Assembly: GCF_947496855.1 (NCBI RefSeq)
Contig: NZ_CANMED010000008.1
Coordinates: forward strand, 76,509 to 140,508
DNA: 64,000 nucleotides
Direction of reading: 5' to 3'
DNA from: an uncultured Aquimarina sp.
GTDB lineage: Bacteria > Bacteroidota > Bacteroidia > Flavobacteriales > Flavobacteriaceae
Shown here: piece by piece, positions 1-9,501 of the stretch
How positions within the stretch are numbered: the stretch's first letter is position 1
How the letters are laid out: every line of letters begins with the position of its first letter
The notes under the pieces: generated by a model
What the model was told of the DNA's origin: nothing
Seen by the model: only the letters and a program-made list of their open reading frames with translations
Database searches by the model: none
Program-made: the position numbers and the translations under genes

Positions 1-1729
1 CTTTGTAGTCTTGTAAAAAACTGAGTTTTGCTCTTAGAATTTCGTCATTAGCACTCTCATTATCTCCGTATAACAACTTCATAACAAAGACATAATCTCC
101 AAATCTCTCGGAAAATCGACTTATCAGGTGATCCAGAAGCTCGTTACGTCTTTTATAAAAAACCTCACTACCGGTTTCTTCGCCTTTTACTTCGTTCATA
201 ATCCCTATAAGATCCTGCTCATAATTGCCGTGATCAGAAATTATAGTTTCTATATCGACGATATCCTCTACCCCTTGTGTATAATATGTTTGTTTAGCTT
301 TTAACTCCTCTGTTTCTGTAAGTAGGTCATCATCTATATATAATCTTTTAAGATTCTCATCTACAGACAATAAGCCTTTAACCTTCGATAAATGTTTAAA
401 GTAATTGGCCAATATCTGATCAAAAAACAATAAATATGCTTTTAATTGTTTTGCCTTTGCTTTTCGTGGTTTTTTTGCATTTCCAGGAAGCCCAAACGGA
501 GAAATTCCATACGTATCTGGAAAATCATTCTGAATTGTAGTGTAACTTTCTGGTGTTTGATAATTCCCCAGAGGAATTTCTACATCCTCAATGCTTACAC
601 TTTGTTGTTTTGCTTTTTCTTCTGCTTTAAGTTTGTCAATATTCTCAGCAACCCTGGATTCATTAATTCCTATCGGTAATAATCCTTTTGTAAAATTAAA
701 AGTACTTTTATCACAACGAGTTGGTTTATGCCATTCTTTAACACAGATATTCCAAGATCCTTCTAATCCTAAAGTGCCATCACAATTACCAATAGAAATA
801 TCCTTAATCACATGAACCCCCTCTATATTCATGATTAATTGTATAATATCCGAAAGTCGAACTTCTTTTCTAAGGTCTGCATTAATCAACTCTTCCTTAT
901 CTATAAATCCTCCTTTGATATTTTCAAAATCTACACAGGCTTTAGAAAATGGAATAGGTCCTTCAAAAATTTGATCTGTTGTATATCCCTTATCAAACAT
1001 CTGTTGTAAAGAATAGAAATTTACCGATGGAGAAAAGTAGTAATCTATTGCTTGGTAAATTAATGCTAAAATATACTCTTCATCCGCTCCAGGTTCTAAA
1101 TCTATATAAGCGCAAATGGCTATTGGATCTTCCTTTACAACCGTAACATCTACTATGTCTTCACACAAATTTCTATTTTGATGATATACATCTCTTACTA
1201 GGTTAATAATGCTTTCTTTATCTATAGCTTCTTCTTCCAGATCTAAAATAATATCATTAAGCCCTTTTAATTTAAGTGGAGCTGGCAATACCTGATTTTC
1301 ATCAATAACATTATATGACAGTTCTACAGGATGTATTTTGCAATTAATGTGTATGTACTGCTCGTGAGCTTTGATCCACGCATTTTTAACTCCCTGCACA
1401 TGAATAAACAAGTTTCGATAATCCAATGCTGTGACAGGTTTTGTAGGAAGAATATTTATTGCCGACAGAAACTGCTCGTGCATCTTACTTTTATTATTCT
1501 CTTTTGAAGCTAATAAATTCTGAATCGGCATCTCGATTCGTTGTGAAAGATCAGTAATCGCATATGACAACATTTCCAACATAGTCACTCCAGGATCATG
1601 AACATTATAATCCGTCCATAATTTGCTTCCGATCTTCTCGACATAATCAACACCTACATCTCTTAGATAATCATAATCCAGATCATCTCCTGTATTTACA
1701 TTTTTTGGTATGGAAATCGTTTCTTTCAT
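1..1729 (-). CDS. Large contractile-injection-system baseplate protein (Afp12/Cis12-like position); C-terminal part cut off by the window edge
   Basis: Absent from the ORF track because it has no stop in the window. I read every codon in the frame of the ATG at 1729..1727 down to nt 2 and found no stop (576 codons). N-terminus: MKETISIPKNVNTGDDLDYDYLRDVGVDYVEKIGSKLWTDYNVHDPGVTMLEMLSYAITDLSQRIE. From memory, the DPG-x-T-x-LE-x-L-x-Y block is typical of large phage-like baseplate proteins. It lies directly downstream of the Baseplate_J-like gene in the same operon. Confidence 0.7.
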   Translation of the reverse strand, partial: MKETISIPKNVNTGDDLDYDYLRDVGVDYVEKIGSKLWTDYNVHDPGVTMLEMLSYAITDLSQRIEMPIQNLLASKENNKSKMHEQFLSAINILPTKPVTALDYRNLFIHVQGVKNAWIKAHEQYIHINCKIHPVELSYNVIDENQVLPAPLKLKGLNDIILDLEEEAIDKESIINLVRDVYHQNRNLCEDIVDVTVVKEDPIAICAYIDLEPGADEEYILALIYQAIDYYFSPSVNFYSLQQMFDKGYTTDQIFEGPIPFSKACVDFENIKGGFIDKEELINADLRKEVRLSDIIQLIMNIEGVHVIKDISIGNCDGTLGLEGSWNICVKEWHKPTRCDKSTFNFTKGLLPIGINESRVAENIDKLKAEEKAKQQSVSIEDVEIPLGNYQTPESYTTIQNDFPDTYGISPFGLPGNAKKPRKAKAKQLKAYLLFFDQILANYFKHLSKVKGLLSVDENLKRLYIDDDLLTETEELKAKQTYYTQGVEDIVDIETIISDHGNYEQDLIGIMNEVKGEETGSEVFYKRRNELLDHLISRFSERFGDYVFVMKLLYGDNESANDEILRAKLSFLQDYK

Positions 1730-1830
1730 CTGGTTCTATTTATTTTTTTAGAGGTCAGATGGGATCTTTGACGATCAAAAAAATCTTTACTCCGTACCCT
1801 TAAATATTTTTTTAATCGTGTCGGTTTCAT
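1726..1830 (-). CDS. Candidate 34-aa very basic small ORF between the two large baseplate genes
   Basis: Hand translation gives MKPTRLKKYLRVRSKDFFDRQRSHLTSKKINRTR. Its ATG lies 10 nt after the TAA of the upstream gene. Its TGA overlaps the ATG of the downstream gene (ATGA). Its start context is a perfect 21-nt copy of the downstream gene's start context. Confidence 0.3.
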   Translation of the reverse strand: MKPTRLKKYLRVRSKDFFDRQRSHLTSKKINRTR

Positions 1831-1840
1831 CTGGTTCTAT

Positions 1841-4800
1841 TTATTGTCCTGGTGTTAATACTGTGCATCCTTCTTCTGGAGTTACTACTCCTATTTCATG
1901 GCTCGTGAATTTCACTGAAGTGAGAATTACCTTTGCATTACTTGGTTCTACTTTCTTTACCGATGAGAATATTTTTATTCCTGAATTGGTTACACCTGTT
2001 GCTTTTTGTAATTGAAAATCAGTTACATAATCTACATACTCCAATTTTTCTATATAGTTAATGACTACGCTTTCATGCAAGGTAATTCCAAAATCAATGA
2101 TCGAAGTTTCTTCAAAAGCCCAAGGAGCTAGTAATTTTGCTATATCTTTTTGCAATTGAGTTGAGTAGAAATTTTCATCTTTACCTTCGTAAAACTTCGC
2201 TTTCAAAATCACCTTTACTTCTTCATAAATAGGATTAATTACCTGCGCTGTCACATGAAGCGTATTTAGTTGATTGATGAAATTTTGTATTTCATTTCTC
2301 TTCGCCTTACTAATTCTAGGCTTATACGGGTCGTACACATTTTGGTTTATGATATTAGGGATGATCACCAGGGTTATATCTCCAAGAGATAAAAAAGAGG
2401 TTATCGATGTGTGATTTAAACAGTTTACCTTATAGATATCAGGAAACTCCTGTAAAACTAAATGTTCATAATCCCAGATAGTAATTGCCCGTTGTTTATG
2501 TCTTAATCGTTCGCTAATTCTTTTGTAAAACTCTTTATCCGTTTCCTCTGATTTCCCATCAAAAGATCCATACTCCTGAATAACTCCTTTTACATTTGCT
2601 AAACGTTCCACCAGTTTAGAAATAGTGCCAGCAGGAATACCATATTGTAGATGATTCAGGTTATTATTATTATTTTCAAATTGAGCCAATACTGCTTGAG
2701 ACTTGATATCAATCAATTGACTCACAGTATCAAAATCTCTTGGATTATCGACTTTTAGCCAAAAATATCCCGTTGGTAATTTTGTATTTTCCTTCGTAGC
2801 CTGTTTAGGAATTAAAAATTTTATAATTCCTGATCTTAAAAAATTATCCGTGTTATTAGAAATTATAAAATCTTGATTTAAGGATAACCATTCGTTATTG
2901 CATAGTATAGACCATTCTAGTTTTTCTCCTTCTACAAAATCATTAATTGTTTCTGGGTTTTCGCTTCCTTCTAATGTCTGGACAAGTAACGATACACTTT
3001 GAAGATTCTCTGCATTTTCTAAAGCAATAAACAAAGATCCATTTTGATATGCAGGTAGTAATTTTATCGCTCTATTTGTTGTTTTTAAAACTGAGTTATT
3101 TTTTAACTCCTCATTTTCTTCAGAAACTCCAAAAGGATGTTCATGAAATAATTTCACATTATTATCAGTCGTACTAGCTTGTGCATCGTATCCAACTTTG
3201 ATTGTTTCGATTTGTGGTGTATATGGTGTATTAGGAATAAGGGTATTAGATACATTTTCTTTGGACAACGCTACAGAAAAAATTCTAGGAAACAAATCAT
3301 GTAAAAATGATTTATTCAGAATGAGTTTTACAAATCCTTTTTTTACAGCGGCTGTAAATTTTTCTTTTGATGGTTGTTTACTTTGAAATATAGTTCCACC
3401 TTTTTGAAACTTTCTCATAGCCCGAAAGGGGAAATCAAAAAAATCTTCCTTATTAGCAGCTGTATCAGCAGTTTTTGTAATCTCTATACTACTTTTATTA
3501 CGATCAACGGTACTAAACAAAAAATGGTTTAAATCCTTAGTATCCCAAACCCCATTATCTAGAACCTGCACTTTTGTTGTAAAATAATCTTCGCTATCTA
3601 CTATAGCACTCAATGAATTAGGATTGCTAATAACTCCATTTGCATCAAGTGTTAATGTATATCTATCTTTACTGATTTTATCAATAAATTCTGTTCTATA
3701 AGCGATATAATTATCTACCAGATTTAGCTTATCCTTCCAATCAAAATCTATATTTATTTTAGTCCAGTTTTTATCTAATGCTTCTGGTAATCCTATAAAA
3801 AAATTAGATCCTCGTTTGGGTTGTGGTCCGAAAGGGTAGAATGGTTTAGAAGCATCCAAAACTCCTAAATCATTCTCGACTGTAATATCCTGTATTGCAT
3901 CAATTGATACAGCTATTGTTGCACTATTTATTACCGTAGAAGAAAATAGTTGTTGAGCTTTATAACCTTTATCATTTGTAATACTATTTCTTATCACAAA
4001 CCTAACAACTGGATCTGTCGTATTATATGGTTCAAGTAGCACTTTTTTGTCATAATTTATTATAGGATCCAAACCTTCGTTAAGTTCTACTACTATTTTT
4101 AATTCTCCAGATACAATTGAAGATTCACTCGTAATTATATCACCTTCAATCCATTCTGCTTCTCCACTAAAAAAAACTGCTACAGCATCTGTAAGATCTG
4201 AAGTGGTTAATTGAGAAGCGTTAAAGGGACTAAGACTAAAAGTAAACGTAACAGTTCTCTTTCCTTCTTTTAGCAATAATACCGGAGAAGATAATCCGAA
4301 TCCAATTTTTGCAAAAGAAAGGTCGGGGTAGGACCCAGAATCCTGTGTAGCTCCTGAAGTATCAGTGGGATACCCAAATGGCCACCATCTAACTTCGTCT
4401 TCAGGAAAATCTTCTCCGATTCCATCATAAGAATTCGCTACAAAGGCATTTTTTATTCCAACTCCTTCTTCGTGAAAAACATTTAATAATGAAGCTACTG
4501 AAGCTTTATTCACTATAATTTCTTCCTGAGTTTTATATATACGTTTTAGCCCATCATCATCTTTTCCTCCATCAAGTGAAGTTTTTTCGCTTATTTTAAC
4601 TTCAGTACCATTTTTAGCTAACTCAAATAATAAATGTACCTTATCTTCAACAGGAGCTTTGTTATCTAATTTCAAAACTTCTTTATAGTAAAAATCCAGA
4701 TGCTTTTTAGATAAACTATTTAATCGTTCTTGGGAAAATGAAGTCAATTTTAAAAAGGCTGCAAAAAGAGTGAGATGTGGTTCTATATTCTTTTCTACTA

Positions 4801-5083
4801 TATACGCTTCAGAAGGTTCTTCTAATTTTTTTAGTTTCTCTACAAAAGATAAAATTTCATCTTCTTTTACAAAGAAATTACTCCAATCTCCGGAAATAGT
4901 ATTTGTTTCAGTTTTAAAATAATGTACGCCTTCAGAAAACTTAAGAGCAAATCGCATCCAATCTTCTGTTGTTAGATCGTGCAGTTGAATATTTTTAGGG
5001 TCCAGTGCATCAATACAACGCTGATTTTGGGATGTTCCATTCCGCATCAATAATAGATCGTTATGTTCACAACTGTTACTCAT
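1841..5083 (-). CDS. eCIS large baseplate wedge protein, gp6/Baseplate_J-like (Afp11/Cis11-like)
   Basis: 1080-aa ORF. The C-terminal block KQRAITIWDYEHLVLQEFPDIYKVNC resembles the Baseplate_J core motif (R-A-V/I-T..DYE..). It lies directly downstream of the gp25 and PAAR genes. Confidence 0.75.
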   Translation of the reverse strand: MSNSCEHNDLLLMRNGTSQNQRCIDALDPKNIQLHDLTTEDWMRFALKFSEGVHYFKTETNTISGDWSNFFVKEDEILSFVEKLKKLEEPSEAYIVEKNIEPHLTLFAAFLKLTSFSQERLNSLSKKHLDFYYKEVLKLDNKAPVEDKVHLLFELAKNGTEVKISEKTSLDGGKDDDGLKRIYKTQEEIIVNKASVASLLNVFHEEGVGIKNAFVANSYDGIGEDFPEDEVRWWPFGYPTDTSGATQDSGSYPDLSFAKIGFGLSSPVLLLKEGKRTVTFTFSLSPFNASQLTTSDLTDAVAVFFSGEAEWIEGDIITSESSIVSGELKIVVELNEGLDPIINYDKKVLLEPYNTTDPVVRFVIRNSITNDKGYKAQQLFSSTVINSATIAVSIDAIQDITVENDLGVLDASKPFYPFGPQPKRGSNFFIGLPEALDKNWTKINIDFDWKDKLNLVDNYIAYRTEFIDKISKDRYTLTLDANGVISNPNSLSAIVDSEDYFTTKVQVLDNGVWDTKDLNHFLFSTVDRNKSSIEITKTADTAANKEDFFDFPFRAMRKFQKGGTIFQSKQPSKEKFTAAVKKGFVKLILNKSFLHDLFPRIFSVALSKENVSNTLIPNTPYTPQIETIKVGYDAQASTTDNNVKLFHEHPFGVSEENEELKNNSVLKTTNRAIKLLPAYQNGSLFIALENAENLQSVSLLVQTLEGSENPETINDFVEGEKLEWSILCNNEWLSLNQDFIISNNTDNFLRSGIIKFLIPKQATKENTKLPTGYFWLKVDNPRDFDTVSQLIDIKSQAVLAQFENNNNNLNHLQYGIPAGTISKLVERLANVKGVIQEYGSFDGKSEETDKEFYKRISERLRHKQRAITIWDYEHLVLQEFPDIYKVNCLNHTSITSFLSLGDITLVIIPNIINQNVYDPYKPRISKAKRNEIQNFINQLNTLHVTAQVINPIYEEVKVILKAKFYEGKDENFYSTQLQKDIAKLLAPWAFEETSIIDFGITLHESVVINYIEKLEYVDYVTDFQLQKATGVTNSGIKIFSSVKKVEPSNAKVILTSVKFTSHEIGVVTPEEGCTVLTPGQ

Positions 5084-5100
5084 CGTATTTTGTTTTTCTA

Positions 5101-5520
5101 TTATATGTTAGTTCCTTCTTCTTTGTAGAATGGGAATACCAAGTTATTTCTAGCATTGGTAGCTCTGATTCTATATTCAATTAGGATCAATAGTTCGCCA
5201 TCTAATTCGTTGGTTTGATCGATCTGTATTTTCTCTGCATCAATTCTAGGTTCGTAATACAGGATCGCATTCTTAATCAGTTCCTTCACAAAGGTTTTCA
5301 ACGTTAGGTTTAGGGGTTTGAACAATAGTTCATCTAGATTACACCCATAATTCGGTACCATCACACGTTCACCTAGTCGCGTAGAAAGTAAAATCTCCAA
5401 ACTACTTTTTATATCTACTTCATCGGATAACATTGCTGTTTTTCCAGATCCGCTTGCTTCTTTGTTAAACTCTGGTGGGAATCCCCAACCTGTTCCTAAA
5501 AATGATGTATTATTATCCAT
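5101..5520 (-). CDS. GPW/gp25-family baseplate wedge protein (Afp9/Cis9-like)
   Basis: 139 aa. The GTGWGFP N-terminus and IKSSLEILLSTRLGERVMVPNYGCNLDELLF match the gp25 signature (..SI.ILL.T..GER...P.FG..L). Confidence 0.9.
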   Translation of the reverse strand: MDNNTSFLGTGWGFPPEFNKEASGSGKTAMLSDEVDIKSSLEILLSTRLGERVMVPNYGCNLDELLFKPLNLTLKTFVKELIKNAILYYEPRIDAEKIQIDQTNELDGELLILIEYRIRATNARNNLVFPFYKEEGTNI

Positions 5521-5522
5521 AA

Positions 5523-5813
5523 TTAACCTCCTATTATTACTGTAGGTAACCCTAAAACAATAGTTCCTCCATGTGCGGTACTATCTCCCATTCTTGCTGC
5601 TGGCATTCCACCAATCATAACGGTTCCAGAACCTACAATAATAGTATCTGGTGGTCCTACACAGGTTGCCATATCGCCAACTCTTGCCGCTGGTAATCCT
5701 CCAATAAGTACTGTAGGTTCTCCTGCAGGAAGTATTGGACCTCCAACATGAGGTACTACACCTGTTACCATAGGACATACATGCATATCTGTTATTCTTG
5801 CTGCTGGTGGCAT
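5523..5813 (-). CDS. PAAR-domain spike tip protein (Afp10/Cis10-like)
   Basis: 96 aa with three PAAR-type motifs (PPAARITD, LPAARVGD, MPAARMGD). Gly/Pro rich. Confidence 0.9.
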   Translation of the reverse strand: MPPAARITDMHVCPMVTGVVPHVGGPILPAGEPTVLIGGLPAARVGDMATCVGPPDTIIVGSGTVMIGGMPAARMGDSTAHGGTIVLGLPTVIIGG

Positions 5814-5882
5814 ATTGTTTTGTTTATAGTTGTTAGCTCTAATTTACTATTTCATTATAGGGTATAGATGCGTATTAAAACA

Positions 5883-5907
5883 CCTCCCTAGCCCTCCTCA
5901 AGGAGGG
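5883..5907. repeat. Pyrimidine-arm hairpin repeat (CCCTCC-TCAA-GGAGGG) inside the eCIS operon
   Basis: cctccctagccctcctcaaggaggg lies in the 133-nt gap between the VgrG stop and the PAAR start. It has the same architecture as the hairpins at 9.5, 51.9, 52.5, 52.8 and 53.2 kb. Confidence 0.6.
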
Positions 5908-5946
5908 AATTAATTCTTTGTATACTCAATACTAGTCACTTAACAC

Positions 5947-7692
5947 TCAATTAATCTGAACTAAAGAACCTTTAAGCGTTGCTGTTGCGCTAGAGGACAT
6001 CTCGACTCCTGCTGATCCTTCTGCTTTAAACTGTGCATTGGCTGTAATATTTACGTTAGTGCCTTCGATATTTACATCTCCTGATGCCGTTAGGTTTATA
6101 TCGCTAGCACTTTCTATTGCTATTCCCGAATCATCTATGGTAATTACATTAGAATTATCGTCTTCTACTATTATAGATCCTGCATCTTCATCTAGTACTA
6201 TCTTCTTTCCTGCAGGTGTTTCGATACTTATTGATTTTTTATCATCATCAAACAGCACTTTCATCTCGCTTCTGGTAACAAATCCTTTTTCATGATTATC
6301 ATCACTTGCTGTAATTGGTGAAGGTTTAGCACTACTATGTAACATTCCTAATACCACTCCATCATTAGGGTCATCATTGATAAAGCCTATAATCACCTCA
6401 TCAGATATTTCAGGAAGAAAAAAAGCGCCTCTATTTTCTCCAGCGTCTAAAGAAGCTACACGGCACCAAACACCTTGCTCCTCATTATTTACTATTGGCA
6501 ATTGTACCAATATCCGATTCTCTCCATCCGGATCTTCTTCGAGCTGACTCACAATACCAATTTGCAATCCACACACTCCAGATAATAAACCAGATGCTGG
6601 CATCGGATTCGTATCATATGTTTCTGAAAACCACTTAGGGTTAATTCCAAACTGTGCATCTACTGTCCAATTTCCTTCAGAAATGTGATGGCTTATACCA
6701 GTAACATATACCTTCCCGTTAAAGCGATCTCCAACACCTTGTAGATTTAAAATTGTTCCTGGTTTTACAGCTGGAATACCCTGAAATTTAACTCTACCCC
6801 TAATTTTAGAAAGCTGCTGAAACATCCATTTAGCATCACTCCAATCTTGCATTTCTGTGGTAGAAAGTGCTCCACCGTGTCTTAATTCTAAGTTTTCTAG
6901 TGCTATTACCGTGGCTAAATCGGAAGGTTCTAAATTTCCGTTTAAGGATACAGCAGGATCAGCCGCTTCAATCTCAACAAGCTCTTGATCAGCATAATTC
7001 CAACTATACGCTGTTACCTTATCAATCTGATGTCTTGCGTCTATTTCTGCATCTAAATCCAACATAGTAGCACCAAAGGTGACTGTTTCTATTTCTGTAG
7101 TACCAAAATCAGGTTTTTTGATGCTTAATTTCCCATCATCCACGAAACAAAGTTTCCCATTTGCCTGTGCTCTACTCACTATAAAATCCCAATCAGAAAT
7201 ATTATACTGCACCAGTTCTTTATGTTCATAATTAGTAGCTTCTACATCCTTATCAATTCCGTAGGTATCAATAATCTCTTCAATAATTCCACTATCCTTA
7301 TTTTCATAGAAGTACTTACTTTTTCTACCGATTGTTAGTTTAACAGATTCATCTTTACATTCGAGAATTAGGTAAGAACCATTGGTTCTTATTCTTATAT
7401 TGTGTTTGATTACAACACCCTTAAAAACTGTTTCTTCATCGGAATGATATCCGGCTGTTATTTCGATTTCAGTACCTGGAATTAATAATTCTTCATTACT
7501 TAATTCAAAATCTTGCTTTGCCGGTTCCCCATCTATCAAAATAATCTTAGCTGTTGAGATTCTATTAACCTCTTTTTCTATAGCTATGGTCTTAACCTGA
7601 TATTTTTTTGACAGTTCCTCTCCTGCTAATAGAAGTTTATGAGTAACTAGATCTGCATTCTTCGAGGTTTGTATAACGCTACCTTCTGCCAT
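5947..7692 (-). CDS. VgrG-like spike (phage gpD + gp5 OB-fold + C-terminal beta-helix; Afp8/Cis8-like)
   Basis: 581 aa. The C-terminus has repetitive beta-helix-like segments (ISIETPAGKKIVLDEDAGSIIVEDDNSNVITIDDSGIAIESASDINLTASGDVNIEGTNVNITA). It lies between the LysM protein and PAAR. Confidence 0.85.
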   Translation of the reverse strand: MAEGSVIQTSKNADLVTHKLLLAGEELSKKYQVKTIAIEKEVNRISTAKIILIDGEPAKQDFELSNEELLIPGTEIEITAGYHSDEETVFKGVVIKHNIRIRTNGSYLILECKDESVKLTIGRKSKYFYENKDSGIIEEIIDTYGIDKDVEATNYEHKELVQYNISDWDFIVSRAQANGKLCFVDDGKLSIKKPDFGTTEIETVTFGATMLDLDAEIDARHQIDKVTAYSWNYADQELVEIEAADPAVSLNGNLEPSDLATVIALENLELRHGGALSTTEMQDWSDAKWMFQQLSKIRGRVKFQGIPAVKPGTILNLQGVGDRFNGKVYVTGISHHISEGNWTVDAQFGINPKWFSETYDTNPMPASGLLSGVCGLQIGIVSQLEEDPDGENRILVQLPIVNNEEQGVWCRVASLDAGENRGAFFLPEISDEVIIGFINDDPNDGVVLGMLHSSAKPSPITASDDNHEKGFVTRSEMKVLFDDDKKSISIETPAGKKIVLDEDAGSIIVEDDNSNVITIDDSGIAIESASDINLTASGDVNIEGTNVNITANAQFKAEGSAGVEMSSSATATLKGSLVQIN

Positions 7693-7694
7693 AA

Positions 7695-8420
7695 TTATGA
7701 TATTTTTTCTATAGGTGGAAAAAAGATTTCTTTTCCTACTTCGAGTTTTCTAAAAGATGACAGTTCATTTACCTTTGCTATTTCTAAATAATACTTTGAA
7801 TCTCCATAAATGCGATGCGACATTAGCGGCAATGTATCTCCTTCTTTTACCAAACGAATGTGAGTTAAATCTGGGGATTGATTATTCTCTTTAGCTACTC
7901 GTAAATCATCCTCTACAAATCCTTGAAACTTTGCCTTTGCAACTGCTCTTATTGGAGTACCGTCTGATTTAAAAAGTTTAAACTCAACACTCATTTCGGT
8001 CAGACTTCCTTTAAATAATAAGGTTCCCCAATAAATCATTACATAATTAGGTTTGTGCTCATCACCATTATAGTCAAGAATTACTTTTTTAAACTTTTCG
8101 ATATCCTCGATAACACCTTCGCCTTTATCCTTAAAGACTGTATCATCAGAGCTTTCATCTGGATTACTACCATAATGAATAATCACGCCAGTTCTATCAA
8201 AAAGAAATTCTAACGCTAGGTCTTCTGGAAGTTTTTTATTGAATCTAGGAGATAAATCACTCGTACCTGATGCTTGATCTTCATTCTGTTCGATCTTATA
8301 ATTAAAGGTATACTTCTCGGGATTTACCAAAGTGGTAAATTCTCCATCAGCAACCTCATTATTAAATTGAGGATCACTATAGGCTTTAATCTTTAGTTTT
8401 GTTAATTCTCCTGTACTCAT
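7695..8420 (-). CDS. Tube-initiator/baseplate hub protein with C-terminal LysM domain (Afp7/Cis7-like)
   Basis: 241 aa. The C-terminus HIRLVKEGDTLPLMSHRIYGDSKYYLEIAKVNELSSFRKLEVGKEIFFPP is LysM-like. There is a 2-nt gap to the VgrG gene. Confidence 0.7.
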   Translation of the reverse strand: MSTGELTKLKIKAYSDPQFNNEVADGEFTTLVNPEKYTFNYKIEQNEDQASGTSDLSPRFNKKLPEDLALEFLFDRTGVIIHYGSNPDESSDDTVFKDKGEGVIEDIEKFKKVILDYNGDEHKPNYVMIYWGTLLFKGSLTEMSVEFKLFKSDGTPIRAVAKAKFQGFVEDDLRVAKENNQSPDLTHIRLVKEGDTLPLMSHRIYGDSKYYLEIAKVNELSSFRKLEVGKEIFFPPIEKIS

Positions 8421-8422
8421 AA

Positions 8423-8590
8423 CTATCGTTCAGTTTGTTTAGCAATGATCTCCATAACTTGTTCCACACACTCAGCAATGATCACATCCTTATTACTTTC
8501 AGATTTTTTAGAATCATTACTAACGGATTTACTTTTTTCATTATCAACATTAATTTTGATATGAAGCTCTTTGATCTCTATTGCACCCAT
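8423..8590 (-). CDS. Small 55-aa eCIS protein in the Afp6/Pvc6 position (below the ORF-track size cut-off)
   Basis: Hand translation: MGAIEIKELHIKINVDNEKSKSVSNDSKKSESNKDVIIAECVEQVMEIIAKQTER. It fills the 172-nt gap between tube gene 2 and the LysM gene exactly, leaving 2-nt gaps on both sides. Confidence 0.5.
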   Translation of the reverse strand: MGAIEIKELHIKINVDNEKSKSVSNDSKKSESNKDVIIAECVEQVMEIIAKQTER

Positions 8591-8592
8591 TA

Positions 8593-9036
8593 TTATGTTA
8601 TGGTATTATAATAGTTGTATACTAATTCAATCGTTTCTATAACTACTTTGCTTTCTTCTGCATTAAAATCTGCTATTGACCATTTTATAGGATATGCATG
8701 CACAATGTTCCAAGATAGTAGTGGTTCGTGCTTTTCGTTAAGAAGTTTAACAATGAGATCTATAGGCTCAAAATCAAAATTCTCTACTGCTTTTTTACAC
8801 CAATCCACTACTTCTGAATCGACTAATAAACCTCTCTTTAAAACAAGATTAGGATACTTCGTCCTTACTGGAATTTTATGCTTGAATCTATTTTCTCCAC
8901 CTTCTGTAATTTCTTCAGTTTCAATATCAACAGTTAGTCCAGAGACGGATTGAAACTGATGATCTTTATCACCAGTAGACAAACCGGTAAACTCTACACT
9001 GAAGTGAAATCCAACTGGTGGATAATAGGTAGCCAT
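8593..9036 (-). CDS. Contractile tail tube protein, T4 gp19-like (second paralog, Afp5/Cis5-like position)
   Basis: 147 aa. FHFSVEFTGLS...FQSVSGLTVDIETEEITEGGENRF matches the tube signature (F.F.V...G...F.evSGL....e..eyreGG). Confidence 0.85.
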   Translation of the reverse strand: MATYYPPVGFHFSVEFTGLSTGDKDHQFQSVSGLTVDIETEEITEGGENRFKHKIPVRTKYPNLVLKRGLLVDSEVVDWCKKAVENFDFEPIDLIVKLLNEKHEPLLSWNIVHAYPIKWSIADFNAEESKVVIETIELVYNYYNTIT

Positions 9037-9482
9037 TATGAAGCAAGTTTAAGACTGTTAATTACAAATTCTGCGGATTCTATTGCGATCTCGTTTCCAT
9101 CGGCTTTTAAGTCAGTTGATTGGATTTTCAACAACCACGCATCTGCAGCTTCCCAGGTAACGATAGGTTCGTGTTTTTCATCTAGTAAACTGATCGTAAG
9201 ATCACTTCTGTATTGTTCTTCGCCTTCTTGAAAGAATACATTCTTTTTCCACATATCGTAGAACTGACCTTTTGTTGAGGCAAAGGTTCCTCTCTTAATT
9301 GAAATATTAGCAAACTTGGTCATTCCAGGTTGCTTTTTCTTGAAATAATCATTGTCCGCTCCGCCTCTGTATTCAATTACTTCGGTTTCAAAATCTAAAC
9401 CTGATACTTCGGTACAATTTAATTCGGTATCACCGCCAATTGTAACCTTAAAATGGAACTTTGGTAATGGATATTCTGCCAT
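9036..9482 (-). CDS. Contractile tail tube protein, T4 gp19-like (Afp1/Cis1-like)
   Basis: 148 aa containing FHFKVTIGGDTELNCTEVSGLDFETEVIEYRGGAD. Its stop overlaps the start of the next tube gene by 1 nt. Confidence 0.85.
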   Translation of the reverse strand: MAEYPLPKFHFKVTIGGDTELNCTEVSGLDFETEVIEYRGGADNDYFKKKQPGMTKFANISIKRGTFASTKGQFYDMWKKNVFFQEGEEQYRSDLTISLLDEKHEPIVTWEAADAWLLKIQSTDLKADGNEIAIESAEFVINSLKLAS

Positions 9483-9501
9483 GATTTCTATGTTTTAAAC
9501 T

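Noticed and set aside
446-815. Two plus-strand ORFs (77 aa and 74 aa) near the window start
   Set aside because: They are antisense to the uninterrupted 576-codon baseplate ORF. Their Phe/Cys/Ile-rich composition is typical of shadow frames.
5581-5778. 65-aa ORF nested in the PAAR gene, in another frame on the same strand
   Set aside because: It lies entirely inside a well-supported PAAR CDS. Its Cys/Arg/Trp-rich composition is typical of an off-frame reading of Gly/Pro/Ala codons.
8615-9231. Plus-strand ORFs (112 aa and 93 aa) antisense to the tube genes
   Set aside because: These are shadow ORFs opposite strongly supported tube CDSs, with Ser/Ile/Phe-rich low-complexity translations. The same reasoning applies to 10251..10661, 15911..16384, 16592..16933, 22715..23014 and 56961..57476.
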